From Bacteroidota bacterium (GTDB lineage Bacteria > Bacteroidota > JABWAT01): a DNA stretch of 64,000 bases. The position numbers and the translations under genes were made by a program. The stretch spans positions 64,001 to 128,000 of the forward strand of contig JAKLJL010000010.1 of the NCBI GenBank assembly GCA_023151185.1. Reading direction: 5' to 3'. Within the stretch, counting starts at the first letter, position 1. Each line of letters opens with the position of its first letter. The notes under the pieces are model-generated. The model was given only the letters and a program-made list of their open reading frames with translations. It did no database searches and had not been told where the DNA came from. Of the stretch, positions 8,805-19,045 are shown piece after piece.

Positions 8805-11369
8805 GTGAAAAAACAGACGATGGAAAAAATTCTTATAATTGGCGGCGTAGCAGCCGGTGCAACGGCCGCAGCCAAGGCCCGCAGGGTTTCCTCAACGGCC
8901 CAGATTACCATGCTCGAAGGCGGTCCGGATGTTTCATTTGCCAACTGCGGATTGCCGTATTACATTGGCGGGGATATCAAAAACAGGTCAAGTCTGATCC
9001 TGCAAAGTCCCGAAAGTTTTAAAGAACAGTACAATGTCGACGTCCACATCCATACAACCGTGACGTCCATTGACCGGAAGAATAAACGGGTTCAGGCCAC
9101 CCATGGTCTAACCGGAGAGAAAAAGGAATTCAGTTACACCAAACTGATTCTTGCTCAGGGCGGGAGACCGATCAAACCGACCCTTCCGGGTTCTGATCTG
9201 AGTCATGTTTTTACTCTGTGGACTCTGGACGATATGGATAAGATCCATGAGTTTATCTCCACGAAAAAACCGAAAAGTGCAGTTGTTGTTGGCGGTGGTT
9301 TTATCGGACTTGAAATGGCGGAGGCTCTGGCGAAACGTCAGCTTTCTGTGCATGTGGTAGAAGCGATGCCCCATGTCATGAGCATTATGGAGGCCGAGAT
9401 TGCCGGACTGATCCAGGCGGAAATGGAAAGCTATGGGGTCCGGCTTCACACCGGCACCAGTGTCAGGGAAATTACACCGGGCGAGGTGAAATTAGATAAC
9501 GGAGAGTCGATCAGTGCCGGAATGGTTCTGCTGTCAATCGGCGTCCGCCCGACCCTTCAGTTGGCAAAAGACTCTGACCTAACACTTGGGGATGCCGGTG
9601 GCCTGCTGGTTAACGAGTATCTGCAGACCAGTGACCCCGATATTTACGCCGCCGGTGATATGGTTGAAATCGTCCACAGGGTCAATCAAAAAAAGGTCCG
9701 GATTCCGCTTGCCGGTCCTGCGAACCGCCAGGGCCGGATTGCTGCTGAAAATGCCCTGGGCGGATCCCATCCGTACAAAGGGTCGATCGGTACCTCGGTT
9801 GTCCGGGTTTTTGAAATGGTAGCCGGGACCACCGGGTTGTCTTTAAAACAGGCGAAAAGTGCCGGAATTGATGCGGATGCTGTCACCGTTCATAAGGAAC
9901 ATCACACTTCTTACTATCCGGATTCTGAACAGGTGACAGTTCTGCTGGTTTTTGACAGAAAGACCGGTGTCATTCTGGGTGGTCAGACCGCCGGATATAA
10001 AGCTGCCGACAAGCGGCTCGATGTTATTGCAACTGCAGTTGCCTCACGTTTAACCATTCATGATCTGGCGGATATCGATTTTGCCTATTCGCCACCGATC
10101 GGGACAGCAAATGATGTTCTGAATATGGCTGCCTACTCAGCAGAGAACAAACTTTCCGGGTTCAGTGCCTCGGTTCCGGTTTCTGAACTGGATGAATTTG
10201 TCAAAACCCATTCACCGGTAATTCTGGATGTCAGAGATGTGTTTGCGTTTGAAAAAAGTCATATCGCCGGGGCAATTCACATCCCGTACGAAGTACTTTC
10301 CGAAGAGATGGACTCTGTTCCCGCTGACCGGCCGGTTCTGGTCTATGATGAGACCGGTAAAAAGGGACATCAGACTCTGAGAAAACTGACCGGCGCCGGG
10401 TATCCGAGGGTTTGGACTGTTTCCGGCGGACATACCTCCCTTCAGCGGTTTGCCCGTGCGATCCCGTTCACTCATTTTTCCCTCGGGCTTCTTCCGGTTG
10501 AGAAAAAGTCACTCCACGCTCAGGAAGTAAAGACTGAGAAGAAAGAAGAACCGGTTAAAACTCAGGAAGGTCCTCTGGTTGTCGATGTCAGAACACCCGG
10601 TGAGTTCAGCCGTGGCGCCTATCCGGGTGCTGTGAATATTCCGGTTGATGAACTTCCGGCCAGGCTGGCTGAGCTGGGTCAGGATCCGGCCAGAGACATC
10701 ACGGTTTACTGTGCTTCGGGTGCCAGATCAGCTTTTGCAGAAGGACTTTTAAAACAGGTCGGGTTTACCAATGTGACCAACGGCGGCGGGCTGAATGCCA
10801 TGATGGCCCGTCAGAAGAAAAGTGACTCTCCGGCCGGACCGGCAAAGCCCTTCATCGTGGATGTCAGAAGTGAAGGTGAGTTCAGCCGTGGTGCCTATCC
10901 CGGTGCAGTGAACATTCCGGTTGATGAACTTCCTGCCCGGCTGGCAGAATTCGGTTCGGATCCGGCCAGAGACATCACGGTTTACTGTGCTTCGGGTGCC
11001 AGATCAGCCTATGCAGAAGGACTTCTGAAGCAGGCCGGCTACACCAATGTGACCAATGGAGGCGGACTGAATGCCATGATGGCCCGTCAGAAAAAGAGTG
11101 ATGCACCTGCAGCAGAACCGGCGGGTCAGCTTATTGTGGACGTCCGGTCGCCGTATGAATTCATGGGAGGCGCCTATCCCGGTGCGGTCAATATCCCGCT
11201 GGATGAACTTCAGTTCAATCTGGATAAACTTGGCAGCAAGTCACGGGAAATTGTCGTTTATTGTGCATCGGGTGCCCGTTCTGCCTATGCCCAGCAGATG
11301 CTTCGTCAGCTTGGGTTCCAGAATGTGAAAAATGGCGGCGGACTGATGCAGATGATGCGCAGCCGGTAA
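8805..11369 (+). CDS. CoA-disulfide/persulfide reductase fused to four rhodanese domains
   Basis: GGVAAG FAD motif, SFANCGLPY redox Cys, GGGFIG NAD(P)H motif, AYSPP. One Asp-substituted rhodanese domain plus three CASGARS domains. The start may be the ATG at 8820. Confidence 0.92.
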   Translation: MKKQTMEKILIIGGVAAGATAAAKARRVSSTAQITMLEGGPDVSFANCGLPYYIGGDIKNRSSLILQSPESFKEQYNVDVHIHTTVTSIDRKNKRVQATHGLTGEKKEFSYTKLILAQGGRPIKPTLPGSDLSHVFTLWTLDDMDKIHEFISTKKPKSAVVVGGGFIGLEMAEALAKRQLSVHVVEAMPHVMSIMEAEIAGLIQAEMESYGVRLHTGTSVREITPGEVKLDNGESISAGMVLLSIGVRPTLQLAKDSDLTLGDAGGLLVNEYLQTSDPDIYAAGDMVEIVHRVNQKKVRIPLAGPANRQGRIAAENALGGSHPYKGSIGTSVVRVFEMVAGTTGLSLKQAKSAGIDADAVTVHKEHHTSYYPDSEQVTVLLVFDRKTGVILGGQTAGYKAADKRLDVIATAVASRLTIHDLADIDFAYSPPIGTANDVLNMAAYSAENKLSGFSASVPVSELDEFVKTHSPVILDVRDVFAFEKSHIAGAIHIPYEVLSEEMDSVPADRPVLVYDETGKKGHQTLRKLTGAGYPRVWTVSGGHTSLQRFARAIPFTHFSLGLLPVEKKSLHAQEVKTEKKEEPVKTQEGPLVVDVRTPGEFSRGAYPGAVNIPVDELPARLAELGQDPARDITVYCASGARSAFAEGLLKQVGFTNVTNGGGLNAMMARQKKSDSPAGPAKPFIVDVRSEGEFSRGAYPGAVNIPVDELPARLAEFGSDPARDITVYCASGARSAYAEGLLKQAGYTNVTNGGGLNAMMARQKKSDAPAAEPAGQLIVDVRSPYEFMGGAYPGAVNIPLDELQFNLDKLGSKSREIVVYCASGARSAYAQQMLRQLGFQNVKNGGGLMQMMRSR
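10584..11101 (+). repeat. intragenic direct repeat of a rhodanese module (276-bp period)
   Basis: 10584-10825 and 10860-11101 are near-identical at the DNA level. Confidence 0.9.
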
Positions 11370-11396
11370 CCTCTCCGGTTTTTTCCCGGTTTAGGG

Positions 11397-11441
11397 ATGC
11401 CCCGGGTTCGGTTCATACCGGATTCCGGGGCATTTTTTTTT
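11397..11441 (+). terminator. intrinsic terminator
   Basis: ATGCCCCGG...CCGGGGCAT stem followed by a T-run. Confidence 0.8.
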
Positions 11442-11709
11442 ATCGCCCCCCGGGTTAACCGGATCGTTTCAGGGATACCCGAAGACCGTACTGAGCAGCA
11501 TCCGGCATTTTCCGGTTGTTTTGAAATTCCGGTTCAGGTTCCGATTTTTAATCCGGACAAAGCTTCCAATGGCCCATGATTGGTTTCCCGGAAAAGCAAA
11601 CCTTCACCGGGAAGAGAAGTTCAACAGGCAGATTTCCGGTAAAGTCGGTCAAAGTCTTTCCTGCATTTATTCTGCCTGTTATTCCAATTTAATACAAACC
11701 AGGACACCC

Positions 11710-12234
11710 ATGAAACAAACTCTGACCGTTCTTCTGGCCTTCCTTCTCGGTTTCAATGCCTGCCAACTGCCCGAAAAACCACAGGAGAAAGATCCCCGGC
11801 CGCTCCTTCTTCAGCGACTGGACGGGACCTGGATTGGTAAAGGGCAGGTAACGGGTGAACCGGTTACCTATCTGATCTCGGTCGGGCCGGTCTTAAATTC
11901 GGCTTTTTCAAAAATCCACATGGTTGATCTGTCTTCTCCGCCTCAGTATGAAGCGTTGGTTTTTATTGGCGAAGATCCCCGGACCAAAACCATTATCACC
12001 CATTGGCTGGATTCATTCGGGGCTGCTTATTCCATTCCGCATGGAACCGGAAAAATCTCGGACCAGACTCTCGAGTTTACAATCCCGTATCCAGAATCGG
12101 TTTTTCTGGACCGGTTTATCTATGATGAAAGGTCGGATTCGTGGAAGCTGGAGATTTTGTCCCGTAAGGACTCCTCTTCGTCCTGGTCCGTTTTTGCCGG
12201 TTACGATCTGCACCGCCGGACGGCGGGGAATTGA
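11710..12234 (+). CDS. lipoprotein, DUF1579-like beta-barrel
   Basis: Start MKQTL at 11710, lipobox FNAC, LDGTWIGKG, HWLDSFG. Confidence 0.65.
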   Translation: MKQTLTVLLAFLLGFNACQLPEKPQEKDPRPLLLQRLDGTWIGKGQVTGEPVTYLISVGPVLNSAFSKIHMVDLSSPPQYEALVFIGEDPRTKTIITHWLDSFGAAYSIPHGTGKISDQTLEFTIPYPESVFLDRFIYDERSDSWKLEILSRKDSSSSWSVFAGYDLHRRTAGN

Positions 12235-12292
12235 GTCCAAGGGGATTCCGCCTGTTCTGCCGTAGTAATGTGTACTTTTGAGGGGCACTTCA

Positions 12293-12865
12293 ATGAAACT
12301 TGTCCTGATCCTGTTTGCATTTTCGTGGTTGCAGACCTGCTGCTGTTCTGAAGAAGAGAAGAGAAGCCAGGAAATACCAGAGGCAAAATTTGTTTTGCCT
12401 TTTCCGGTCGGGACCGCCTATCTGTGCACACAGGGATTTAATTCATCCTGGTCTCATTTTGGCTCTTTCGCCTATTCTGTTGATTTTGCCATGCCGGCAG
12501 GGACTGTGGTGACGGCTGCACGGGCTGGCCTGGTTGTGTATGCTGTTTCAGAGTATTCAGATTCTGATCATATCCCCGGCCATGAAAATGTGGTCATCCT
12601 CCGGCATTCTGATACAACGTATTCCAGATATTCCCATCTGTCCTTTCAGGGAGTCAAGGTCCGGGTTGCAGATGAGGTAAATCCGGGCGATACTCTTGGG
12701 TTCAGCGGGAATTCAGGCGACAGCAACAGACCCCATCTGCACTTTGATGTCACGGGAACATTTACCGGGCGGGCAGACAGGACCATTCCGTTTGATTTTT
12801 TGAACACGTCACCACAACCTGTCGGTCTGAACCCGGGGAACGTCTATACCGCAAAGAGTTATTGA
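12293..12865 (+). CDS. M23 family metallopeptidase
   Basis: SH...VDFAMPAGTVVTAARAG, YSHL, SGNSG, PHLHF. Confidence 0.88.
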   Translation: MKLVLILFAFSWLQTCCCSEEEKRSQEIPEAKFVLPFPVGTAYLCTQGFNSSWSHFGSFAYSVDFAMPAGTVVTAARAGLVVYAVSEYSDSDHIPGHENVVILRHSDTTYSRYSHLSFQGVKVRVADEVNPGDTLGFSGNSGDSNRPHLHFDVTGTFTGRADRTIPFDFLNTSPQPVGLNPGNVYTAKSY

Positions 12866-12975
12866 ACCGGGAACTCCGCAGATGTTCTGAAATCTTCCTT
12901 CCTGATTTTCCATTAAGTGCGCAAGTTTGAAATTTTCCGGTTAAACTCTTTGTTTTTACCAAAAACGGAATCAGT

Positions 12976-13743
12976 ATGTTTAAGCGTGACTTATATTTAA
13001 GGCGGATCGGATTTTCAGGACCACTTGAGCCAACGGCCAAGACCCTGGCCCGTTTACAGGAGATGCATCTGCTCTCGGTCCCGTTTGAAAACCTGGATAT
13101 TCATAGCAGACAAAGCATCAATCTTGCCCCGGATGCCTTGTTTCAGAAAATCGTTGAAAAAAAACGGGGTGGATTCTGTTACGAACTGAACGGGTTATTT
13201 TTTGACTTGCTGAAGGCGGCCGGATTCGACGTGCAAAGAATTTCAGCCCGGGTATTCAACAGACAAAAAGGTGAATTCGGACCGGAGTTTGACCATCTGG
13301 CTCTCTGGGTTCGGATGACTGACACCGATTATCTTGCAGATGTAGGATTTGGTGATTTCTCACGGCATCCGCTGAGGATCAAACCGGATCTGATTCAGGC
13401 CGATCCGGCCGGGCAGTTCAGGCTGCTTCTGCAGGAAGACAACCAGTTTCTGGTTCAAAAAAGCCAGACTGGTTCGTGGGAAAATCAGTATCTTTTCTCA
13501 TTGAAGAGTCATTCAATTGAGGCGTTCTCTGAAATGTGCCGGTTTCATCAGACAAGTCCAGAATCTCATTTTACCAGGCAGAAACTGGTTTCCCTTGCCA
13601 CCCGAAACGGCAGAATTACCTTAACCGACAGGATTTTCAGGGAAACTGAAAACGGGGCAGTCAAAACAGAAATTGCCGTGAAGGAGACAGAATTTGGTGA
13701 CTATCTGGAAAAGTATTTCCCGGTTCAGGAAAACCAGCTTTGA
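12976..13743 (+). CDS. arylamine N-acetyltransferase
   Basis: VPFENLD, RGGFCYELN (Cys), DH and DVGFG triad motifs. Confidence 0.92.
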   Translation: MFKRDLYLRRIGFSGPLEPTAKTLARLQEMHLLSVPFENLDIHSRQSINLAPDALFQKIVEKKRGGFCYELNGLFFDLLKAAGFDVQRISARVFNRQKGEFGPEFDHLALWVRMTDTDYLADVGFGDFSRHPLRIKPDLIQADPAGQFRLLLQEDNQFLVQKSQTGSWENQYLFSLKSHSIEAFSEMCRFHQTSPESHFTRQKLVSLATRNGRITLTDRIFRETENGAVKTEIAVKETEFGDYLEKYFPVQENQL

Positions 13744-13882
13744 CCCGGAATGTGGCAAGTTCCCCACTGAAAAAAAACAGGAAGAAGTAACAAGTCCAAA
13801 CACCCCTCCCCGTATGGGTTCAGAGTCCTGAAACCAGAAATTACGGGTCCAAAATCAACCATCAGCAACCCAACTTTTCACT

Positions 13883-14692
13883 ATGAATTCAGAATCCGTT
13901 TTGTTAGCCTTTCTGTTAACTTCGTTTGCCGGTCTGGCAACGGTAATCGGCAGCGTTATGGCGTTTTTTTCCAGAAAATTCAATCCACTTTTTCTAAGCG
14001 GATCGCTGGGATTTTCAGCCGGAGTCATGATTTACATTTCCTTTGTTGAATTGTTCCCGCAGGCCCGGCAAACTCTGACCCTGATCCATGGTGTTTCAGC
14101 CGGCGGATGGCTTACTGTTGCTGCCTTTTTTTCCGGAATTGCCCTCATTGCCCTGATTGACAAACTGGTTCCGTCTGCCGAAAATCCGCACGAAATGGCC
14201 AATCTGGACAGTGCCCGGTTTAGTGAAAAAGAGTCGTCTGCCCGGTTAAAACGGGTGGGTGTTTTTACTGCACTGGCCATCGGCATTCACAACTTTCCCG
14301 AGGGAATTGCAACCTTTGCCGGATCTCTTAACGATCCTGCCCTGGGAGTCAGTATTGCGGTTGCCATTGCCATACATAACATTCCGGAAGGAATCGCCGT
14401 ATCAGTTCCGGTTTATTTTGCCACAAAAAGCAGGCGAAAGGCATTCTGGCTTTCCCTTCTTTCCGGACTGGCCGAACCGGTCGGAGCTTTGGTTGCCTTC
14501 CTGATCTTTGGATCTTTACTTGATCAGACTGCATTCGGATTTGTTTTTGCAGCAGTTGCAGGAATTATGGTGTACATTTCACTGGATGAACTATTGCCGG
14601 CAGCAGAGGAATATGGTCAGCATCATATCGCAATCGGTGGTTTAATAGCCGGAATGCTGGTTATGTCAGTGAGTTTACTTCTGTTGGGGTGA
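13883..14692 (+). CDS. zupT: ZIP-family zinc transporter ZupT
   Basis: HNFPEG and HNIPEG motifs; multiple TM helices. Confidence 0.92.
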   Translation: MNSESVLLAFLLTSFAGLATVIGSVMAFFSRKFNPLFLSGSLGFSAGVMIYISFVELFPQARQTLTLIHGVSAGGWLTVAAFFSGIALIALIDKLVPSAENPHEMANLDSARFSEKESSARLKRVGVFTALAIGIHNFPEGIATFAGSLNDPALGVSIAVAIAIHNIPEGIAVSVPVYFATKSRRKAFWLSLLSGLAEPVGALVAFLIFGSLLDQTAFGFVFAAVAGIMVYISLDELLPAAEEYGQHHIAIGGLIAGMLVMSVSLLLLG

Positions 14693-14714
14693 GTTATCTT
14701 TTAAGGAGAATTCA

Positions 14715-15005
14715 ATGAGTTCCTGGTTTATAGCCAAAATCAAGATTCAGGATCCGGAAGAATACCAGAAGTATCTGGACCACGCCGGGTCTGTTTTTAA
14801 AAAGTTCAGAGGTGAGTATCTTGTGCTTGATAATTCACCGGTGGTACTTGAAGGAGCCTGGGATGCAACCCGGATCGTCATCATCCGGTTTGAGAGTGAA
14901 CAGGACTTTAAAGACTGGTATTACTCAAGCGACTATCAGGAAATTTTACTTCACCGGCTGGCGGCAGCAGACTGTGAAACCATTCTGGCAAAGGGAATTT
15001 ACTGA
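14715..15005 (+). CDS. DUF1330 protein
   Basis: VLEGAW, IVIIRFES, WYYSSDYQ; AGGAG RBS. Confidence 0.88.
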   Translation: MSSWFIAKIKIQDPEEYQKYLDHAGSVFKKFRGEYLVLDNSPVVLEGAWDATRIVIIRFESEQDFKDWYYSSDYQEILLHRLAAADCETILAKGIY

Positions 15006-15092
15006 GAAACCAGGATTCCCTTTCTGCTTAAATAATTCAGTCATCATTCAAAAAGGCAGGATCCTGCAGGATCTATAATCAGGAAATGGGTT

Positions 15093-15758
15093 ATGATAAA
15101 ACGGAAGAGTGCTTTCATCCTGGGCTGGTCCCTGATAGTCATGGCCATTGTTGCCGGATACTCACTGGGTTTTGCCTTTGAAAAGGTTGCAGATTATTTA
15201 AAAATGACAACCGACCCGGTCCCCGATGCCGGGTTTAAATTTCTTTTTACCCTGGTGCTTTGGGGAATCGGGATAACCGTGCTGCTGGATATTGTGGTTT
15301 CGGTTACAATCTACGATTTTTTCAAGGGGGATTCCGGAACGGTTGCCTTCTGGGCAATGGCCACCCGGCTGGTTTACACCTCTGTTTTTGGGTTTGCCGG
15401 GTTGTATCTGTTTCAGGGACTGTTTCTGTGGGAAACCGATCCGGGCCGACTGCAGGGATTTTTCGATAAATTCCGCCTGTTGTGGAATGCCGGCTTGATT
15501 TTATTCGGAGTTCATCTGGTTTTTACCGGATGGTTGATGAAGCTTCACCGGGTTATTCCGGCAATTCTCTGGCTGACAACCCTTGCTGGCGGGGGGGGCT
15601 ATTTCATCCTGCATCTGATGAAAACCGGTTTTCCGGAAATGACGGAAAGCATCCGTTTTCTGGAACGAATCCTGATGCTGCCAATGGTTGCTTCCGAGCT
15701 TGGCCTTGCCGTCTGGCTGGTCTGGAAAGGCGGGAAACCCCCTGTCTCAGTCCGGTAA
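15093..15758 (+). CDS. DUF4386-like membrane protein
   Basis: 6 TM helices, GLILFGVHL, SELGLAVWLVWKG. Confidence 0.7.
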   Translation: MIKRKSAFILGWSLIVMAIVAGYSLGFAFEKVADYLKMTTDPVPDAGFKFLFTLVLWGIGITVLLDIVVSVTIYDFFKGDSGTVAFWAMATRLVYTSVFGFAGLYLFQGLFLWETDPGRLQGFFDKFRLLWNAGLILFGVHLVFTGWLMKLHRVIPAILWLTTLAGGGGYFILHLMKTGFPEMTESIRFLERILMLPMVASELGLAVWLVWKGGKPPVSVR

Positions 15759-15839
15759 TTTTTACCCCTTCACCCAATTGGGGAACCGGCAGGATTTCGT
15801 TTTGTCCGAAGCAGCCTGACACTAAACTGGAGACCTGAA

Positions 15840-16217
15840 ATGAAATCCGACCCAAAACAAATGCTGATTCTGATTGCCGGACCCTATCGGTCAGGAACAG
15901 GAGATGACCCGGTTCTGATCCGGAAAAACCTGAATGACATGACTGAAATGGCCCTTAAAGTCTATGAAAAAGGTCACATGCCGCTCATTGGTGAGTGGTT
16001 TACCCTGCCGATGATTGAAGCTGCCGGGTCGTCTAAAACCGGTGATGAAATCTTCAACCGGTACTTCCACCCGGTTTCAGTTCAGCTTGTCGGATTCTGT
16101 GATGCTGTTCTCAGAATCGGCGGTCCCTCAGCCGGTGCCGATGAAATGGTTCAAACCGGGCTGAAAAACGGGAAAAGGATATTTATGTCGCTGTCAGAAA
16201 TACCTGAATTGGGCTAA
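15840..16217 (+). CDS. DUF4406-like protein (nucleoside deoxyribosyltransferase-like fold)
   Basis: ILIAGPYRSGT, CDAVLRIGGPSAGAD. Confidence 0.75.
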   Translation: MKSDPKQMLILIAGPYRSGTGDDPVLIRKNLNDMTEMALKVYEKGHMPLIGEWFTLPMIEAAGSSKTGDEIFNRYFHPVSVQLVGFCDAVLRIGGPSAGADEMVQTGLKNGKRIFMSLSEIPELG

Positions 16218-16238
16218 TTCACAATAAATGGAGGAGTT

Positions 16239-16673
16239 ATGAAACCTGTGCACAGTTGGATTCTGCTTTTTCTGGCAGCTTGTCAGCCGGAAACCCCGTC
16301 ACAAACCGGGGGGGTAATACCGGGGCAGGAGGTTGTTGCAGAGTATTTTTCTGTTTTCAACCGCCATGACTGGTCAGGACTTGCCGGGTTTTATGCTGAT
16401 TCTGTCATCCTGAAAGATCCTGTACTTGGAACCGCTCCGGTGACGGTTTCAAGGCAGGATATTGTGAAAAAATATCAGGATCTGCACCAGTCCATTCCGG
16501 ATGTTAAGGATTCAGTTGTAGCGGTTTACCCGGCTGGCTCTGTGGTAACAGTGGAATTCATTTCAACCGGGACAGGTCCTGACGGAAAACCGTTCACCCT
16601 ACCGATTTGTACTATCTTCGAATTCAAAGCGGGTAAGATCATCCGTGATCTGACTTATTACGATAATTTCTGA
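16239..16673 (+). CDS. NTF2/SnoaL-like lipoprotein
   Basis: Lipobox LAAC, FNRHDW, GKIIRDLTYYD. Confidence 0.8.
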   Translation: MKPVHSWILLFLAACQPETPSQTGGVIPGQEVVAEYFSVFNRHDWSGLAGFYADSVILKDPVLGTAPVTVSRQDIVKKYQDLHQSIPDVKDSVVAVYPAGSVVTVEFISTGTGPDGKPFTLPICTIFEFKAGKIIRDLTYYDNF

Positions 16674-16786
16674 CTGAGTGAGAGTTCCTGAAGCGGGATT
16701 AGTTAACCGGCTTGCAAACCAGCCGGGATGAAATTAAAAGGTTACTTTTTATCTTTGCCATTTCACCTTCAATCCTCAGGACTTCC

Positions 16787-17929
16787 ATGTCGAATTCTTC
16801 CACCTATTCCGTTTTTCCGGATTCCAAAAACCATTATGAAATCCTGGATGGCCTCAGAGGCGTTGCTGCCCTGATGGTCATCGTCTTCCATCTTTTCGAA
16901 ACTTTTTCTGGCGGAAACCATTTTACCCAGATCATTAACCATGGCTATCTTGCCGTAGATTTTTTCTTTGTTTTATCCGGATTTGTAATCGGATATGCCT
17001 ATGATGACCGCTGGGGGAAGATGACACCCGGCGAATTTTTCAAACGGCGCCTGATCCGGCTTCATCCGATGATTCTTGCAGCAATGGTTACTGGTGCTGT
17101 CGGATACTATTTCAGTGCATCACCGGTTCTTTTTCCGCAAATCAGCACGACCCCGGTTTGGGAACTTCTGCTTATTATGGTAATCGGGATGACCCTTCTG
17201 CCGGTCCCTCCTTCACTGGACATCCGGGGGTGGGCAGAAATGCATCCTCTGAACGGTCCGGCCTGGTCCCTGTTTTTTGAATATGTGGCTAATCTTTTAT
17301 ATGGACTGATCTTCAGGCGGTTTCCGGTCTGGCTTCTGTCAGTTTTTGTTGCCTTTTTTGGTTTAGCTCTGATCCGGTTTGCCGTTTTCGGGCCAAACGG
17401 TGACGTAATCGGCGGCTGGTCGCTTGACCCTGTTCAGTTTCAGGTTGGTCTTATCCGGTTACTTTATCCCTTCTTTGCCGGACTTCTGCTTTCCAGAATC
17501 GTAAAACCTGGACGGCTTCGTCATGCCTTCCTGTGGTGCAGTGCTGCTGTAATCCTGATATTTTCAATACCACGGATTGGGGATGCTGACACTTTGTGGA
17601 TGAATGGGCTTTATGATTCACTGGCGATTATTTTTCTGTTTCCGCTGATTGTCTGGCTGGGAGCCTCAGGCAAACCTGAAAGCCCGCTTCAGGAAAAAAT
17701 TATCCGGTTTCTGGGGGATATTTCCTACCCGGTTTATATCCTGCACTATCCGCTGATTTATATTTTCACCGCATGGGTAGTTGATAATCAGGTTCCGATG
17801 GAAGCCGCCTGGCCCCAGGCACTGGCCGTCTTTTTTGGTTCGGTCGGGCTGGCCTGGATCGTACTTAAGTTTTATGATCTGCCAGTACGGAAATGGCTTG
17901 CTTCTAAATTTCTCAACAGGGCTCACTGA
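16787..17929 (+). CDS. acyltransferase family 3 (OafA-like)
   Basis: LDGLRG, GYLAVDFFFVLSGF, WSLFFEY. Start at the ATG at 16787, downstream of a TATCTTTG box. Confidence 0.9.
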   Translation: MSNSSTYSVFPDSKNHYEILDGLRGVAALMVIVFHLFETFSGGNHFTQIINHGYLAVDFFFVLSGFVIGYAYDDRWGKMTPGEFFKRRLIRLHPMILAAMVTGAVGYYFSASPVLFPQISTTPVWELLLIMVIGMTLLPVPPSLDIRGWAEMHPLNGPAWSLFFEYVANLLYGLIFRRFPVWLLSVFVAFFGLALIRFAVFGPNGDVIGGWSLDPVQFQVGLIRLLYPFFAGLLLSRIVKPGRLRHAFLWCSAAVILIFSIPRIGDADTLWMNGLYDSLAIIFLFPLIVWLGASGKPESPLQEKIIRFLGDISYPVYILHYPLIYIFTAWVVDNQVPMEAAWPQALAVFFGSVGLAWIVLKFYDLPVRKWLASKFLNRAH

Positions 17930-17931
17930 AA

Positions 17932-19044
17932 ATGTCTGTCCACAGCCGGCTCACTGACCTTCCAAAACCAGACAGAATGACCTCCCGGGAACTGCTTCAG
18001 AAGATAGTCTCTTTCCAGACCGAAGGCCACCCCTTTTATGCAGATGGGCTGGTTCCTTCACAGCGATACAATTCGGTTCTGCGATGGAAACGTGAGGATA
18101 ACAACATTTTCTTTACAGCCAGTATCGTGTTTGTTCTTCAGAATCTGGCTGATTTTGTTCCGGAAGAGGAAAAGCTGCTGATCCGTGACTTTATCAGGAA
18201 GGCAGTCCTGGCCTACCCGCATTACCGGAATAAACATGGCCTGGATACGTATTCATTCTGGCCGACTGACGGATCACCCCATTTCCCGAACGGGTTGATT
18301 TTCAGGCACCTTCACTCAGCCCGTATTCCCGATGATTCGGATGATACGGCACTGGTTTTTTTAACCTCATCCCAAAAACGGGAAACCACACTCTGGCTGA
18401 AGGATAAACTGATTCAGCATGCCAATCTGTCAAAAAAACAGATCCGGCAAACCTATCCGGATTATAAAAACCTGAAGGCATACTCGACCTTTTTCGGTAC
18501 CAATATGTATATTGAATTTGATTTCTGTGTTTTAACCAATATTCTGTTCTGGGTTTTTCAGAATCAATTGCCTGTGAATCAGCATGATTCAGATTCCATC
18601 ATCTTTTTAAGGTCAGTTATTCTGAACCGTCAGCATCTTGATGCCCCGTTCAGGGTAAGCCACAACTACCCGCATCCGGTTCTGATTCTTTACCATCTCT
18701 CCCGCCTGCTGGCTGCTTTTGACATCCCCGGTCTTTCTGAGTTAAAACCGGGTATTATTCAGGATCTGACCAGGCTTTCCAAAATGGAAAAGGGGATCAT
18801 GAACCGGATTTTGATTTCGACTTCTCTGATACGGTTGGGTCACCGGCCGGATTTTGAACCGGATCTTGTTACAGATGAACCCCGGTGGACTTTTTTTATC
18901 GCCGGCATGCTGACAGCACTGGATACACCGCTGACATCCCGTTTTGCCCATCTGGAAGTGTTTCACCTTAATTATGTTTGTGAAGCCCACCGGCAGGCGT
19001 TGCGGTATGAAAACCTGGTTCTGAGTCAAACATTAAGGAGTTGA
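17932..19044 (+). CDS. hypothetical protein with a DxDDTA motif (class II terpene cyclase/prenyltransferase-like fold suspected)
   Basis: 370-aa helical ORF tightly packed between its neighbours; PDDSDDTAL at 18328-18354. Confidence 0.6.
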   Translation: MSVHSRLTDLPKPDRMTSRELLQKIVSFQTEGHPFYADGLVPSQRYNSVLRWKREDNNIFFTASIVFVLQNLADFVPEEEKLLIRDFIRKAVLAYPHYRNKHGLDTYSFWPTDGSPHFPNGLIFRHLHSARIPDDSDDTALVFLTSSQKRETTLWLKDKLIQHANLSKKQIRQTYPDYKNLKAYSTFFGTNMYIEFDFCVLTNILFWVFQNQLPVNQHDSDSIIFLRSVILNRQHLDAPFRVSHNYPHPVLILYHLSRLLAAFDIPGLSELKPGIIQDLTRLSKMEKGIMNRILISTSLIRLGHRPDFEPDLVTDEPRWTFFIAGMLTALDTPLTSRFAHLEVFHLNYVCEAHRQALRYENLVLSQTLRS

Positions 19045-19045
19045 A

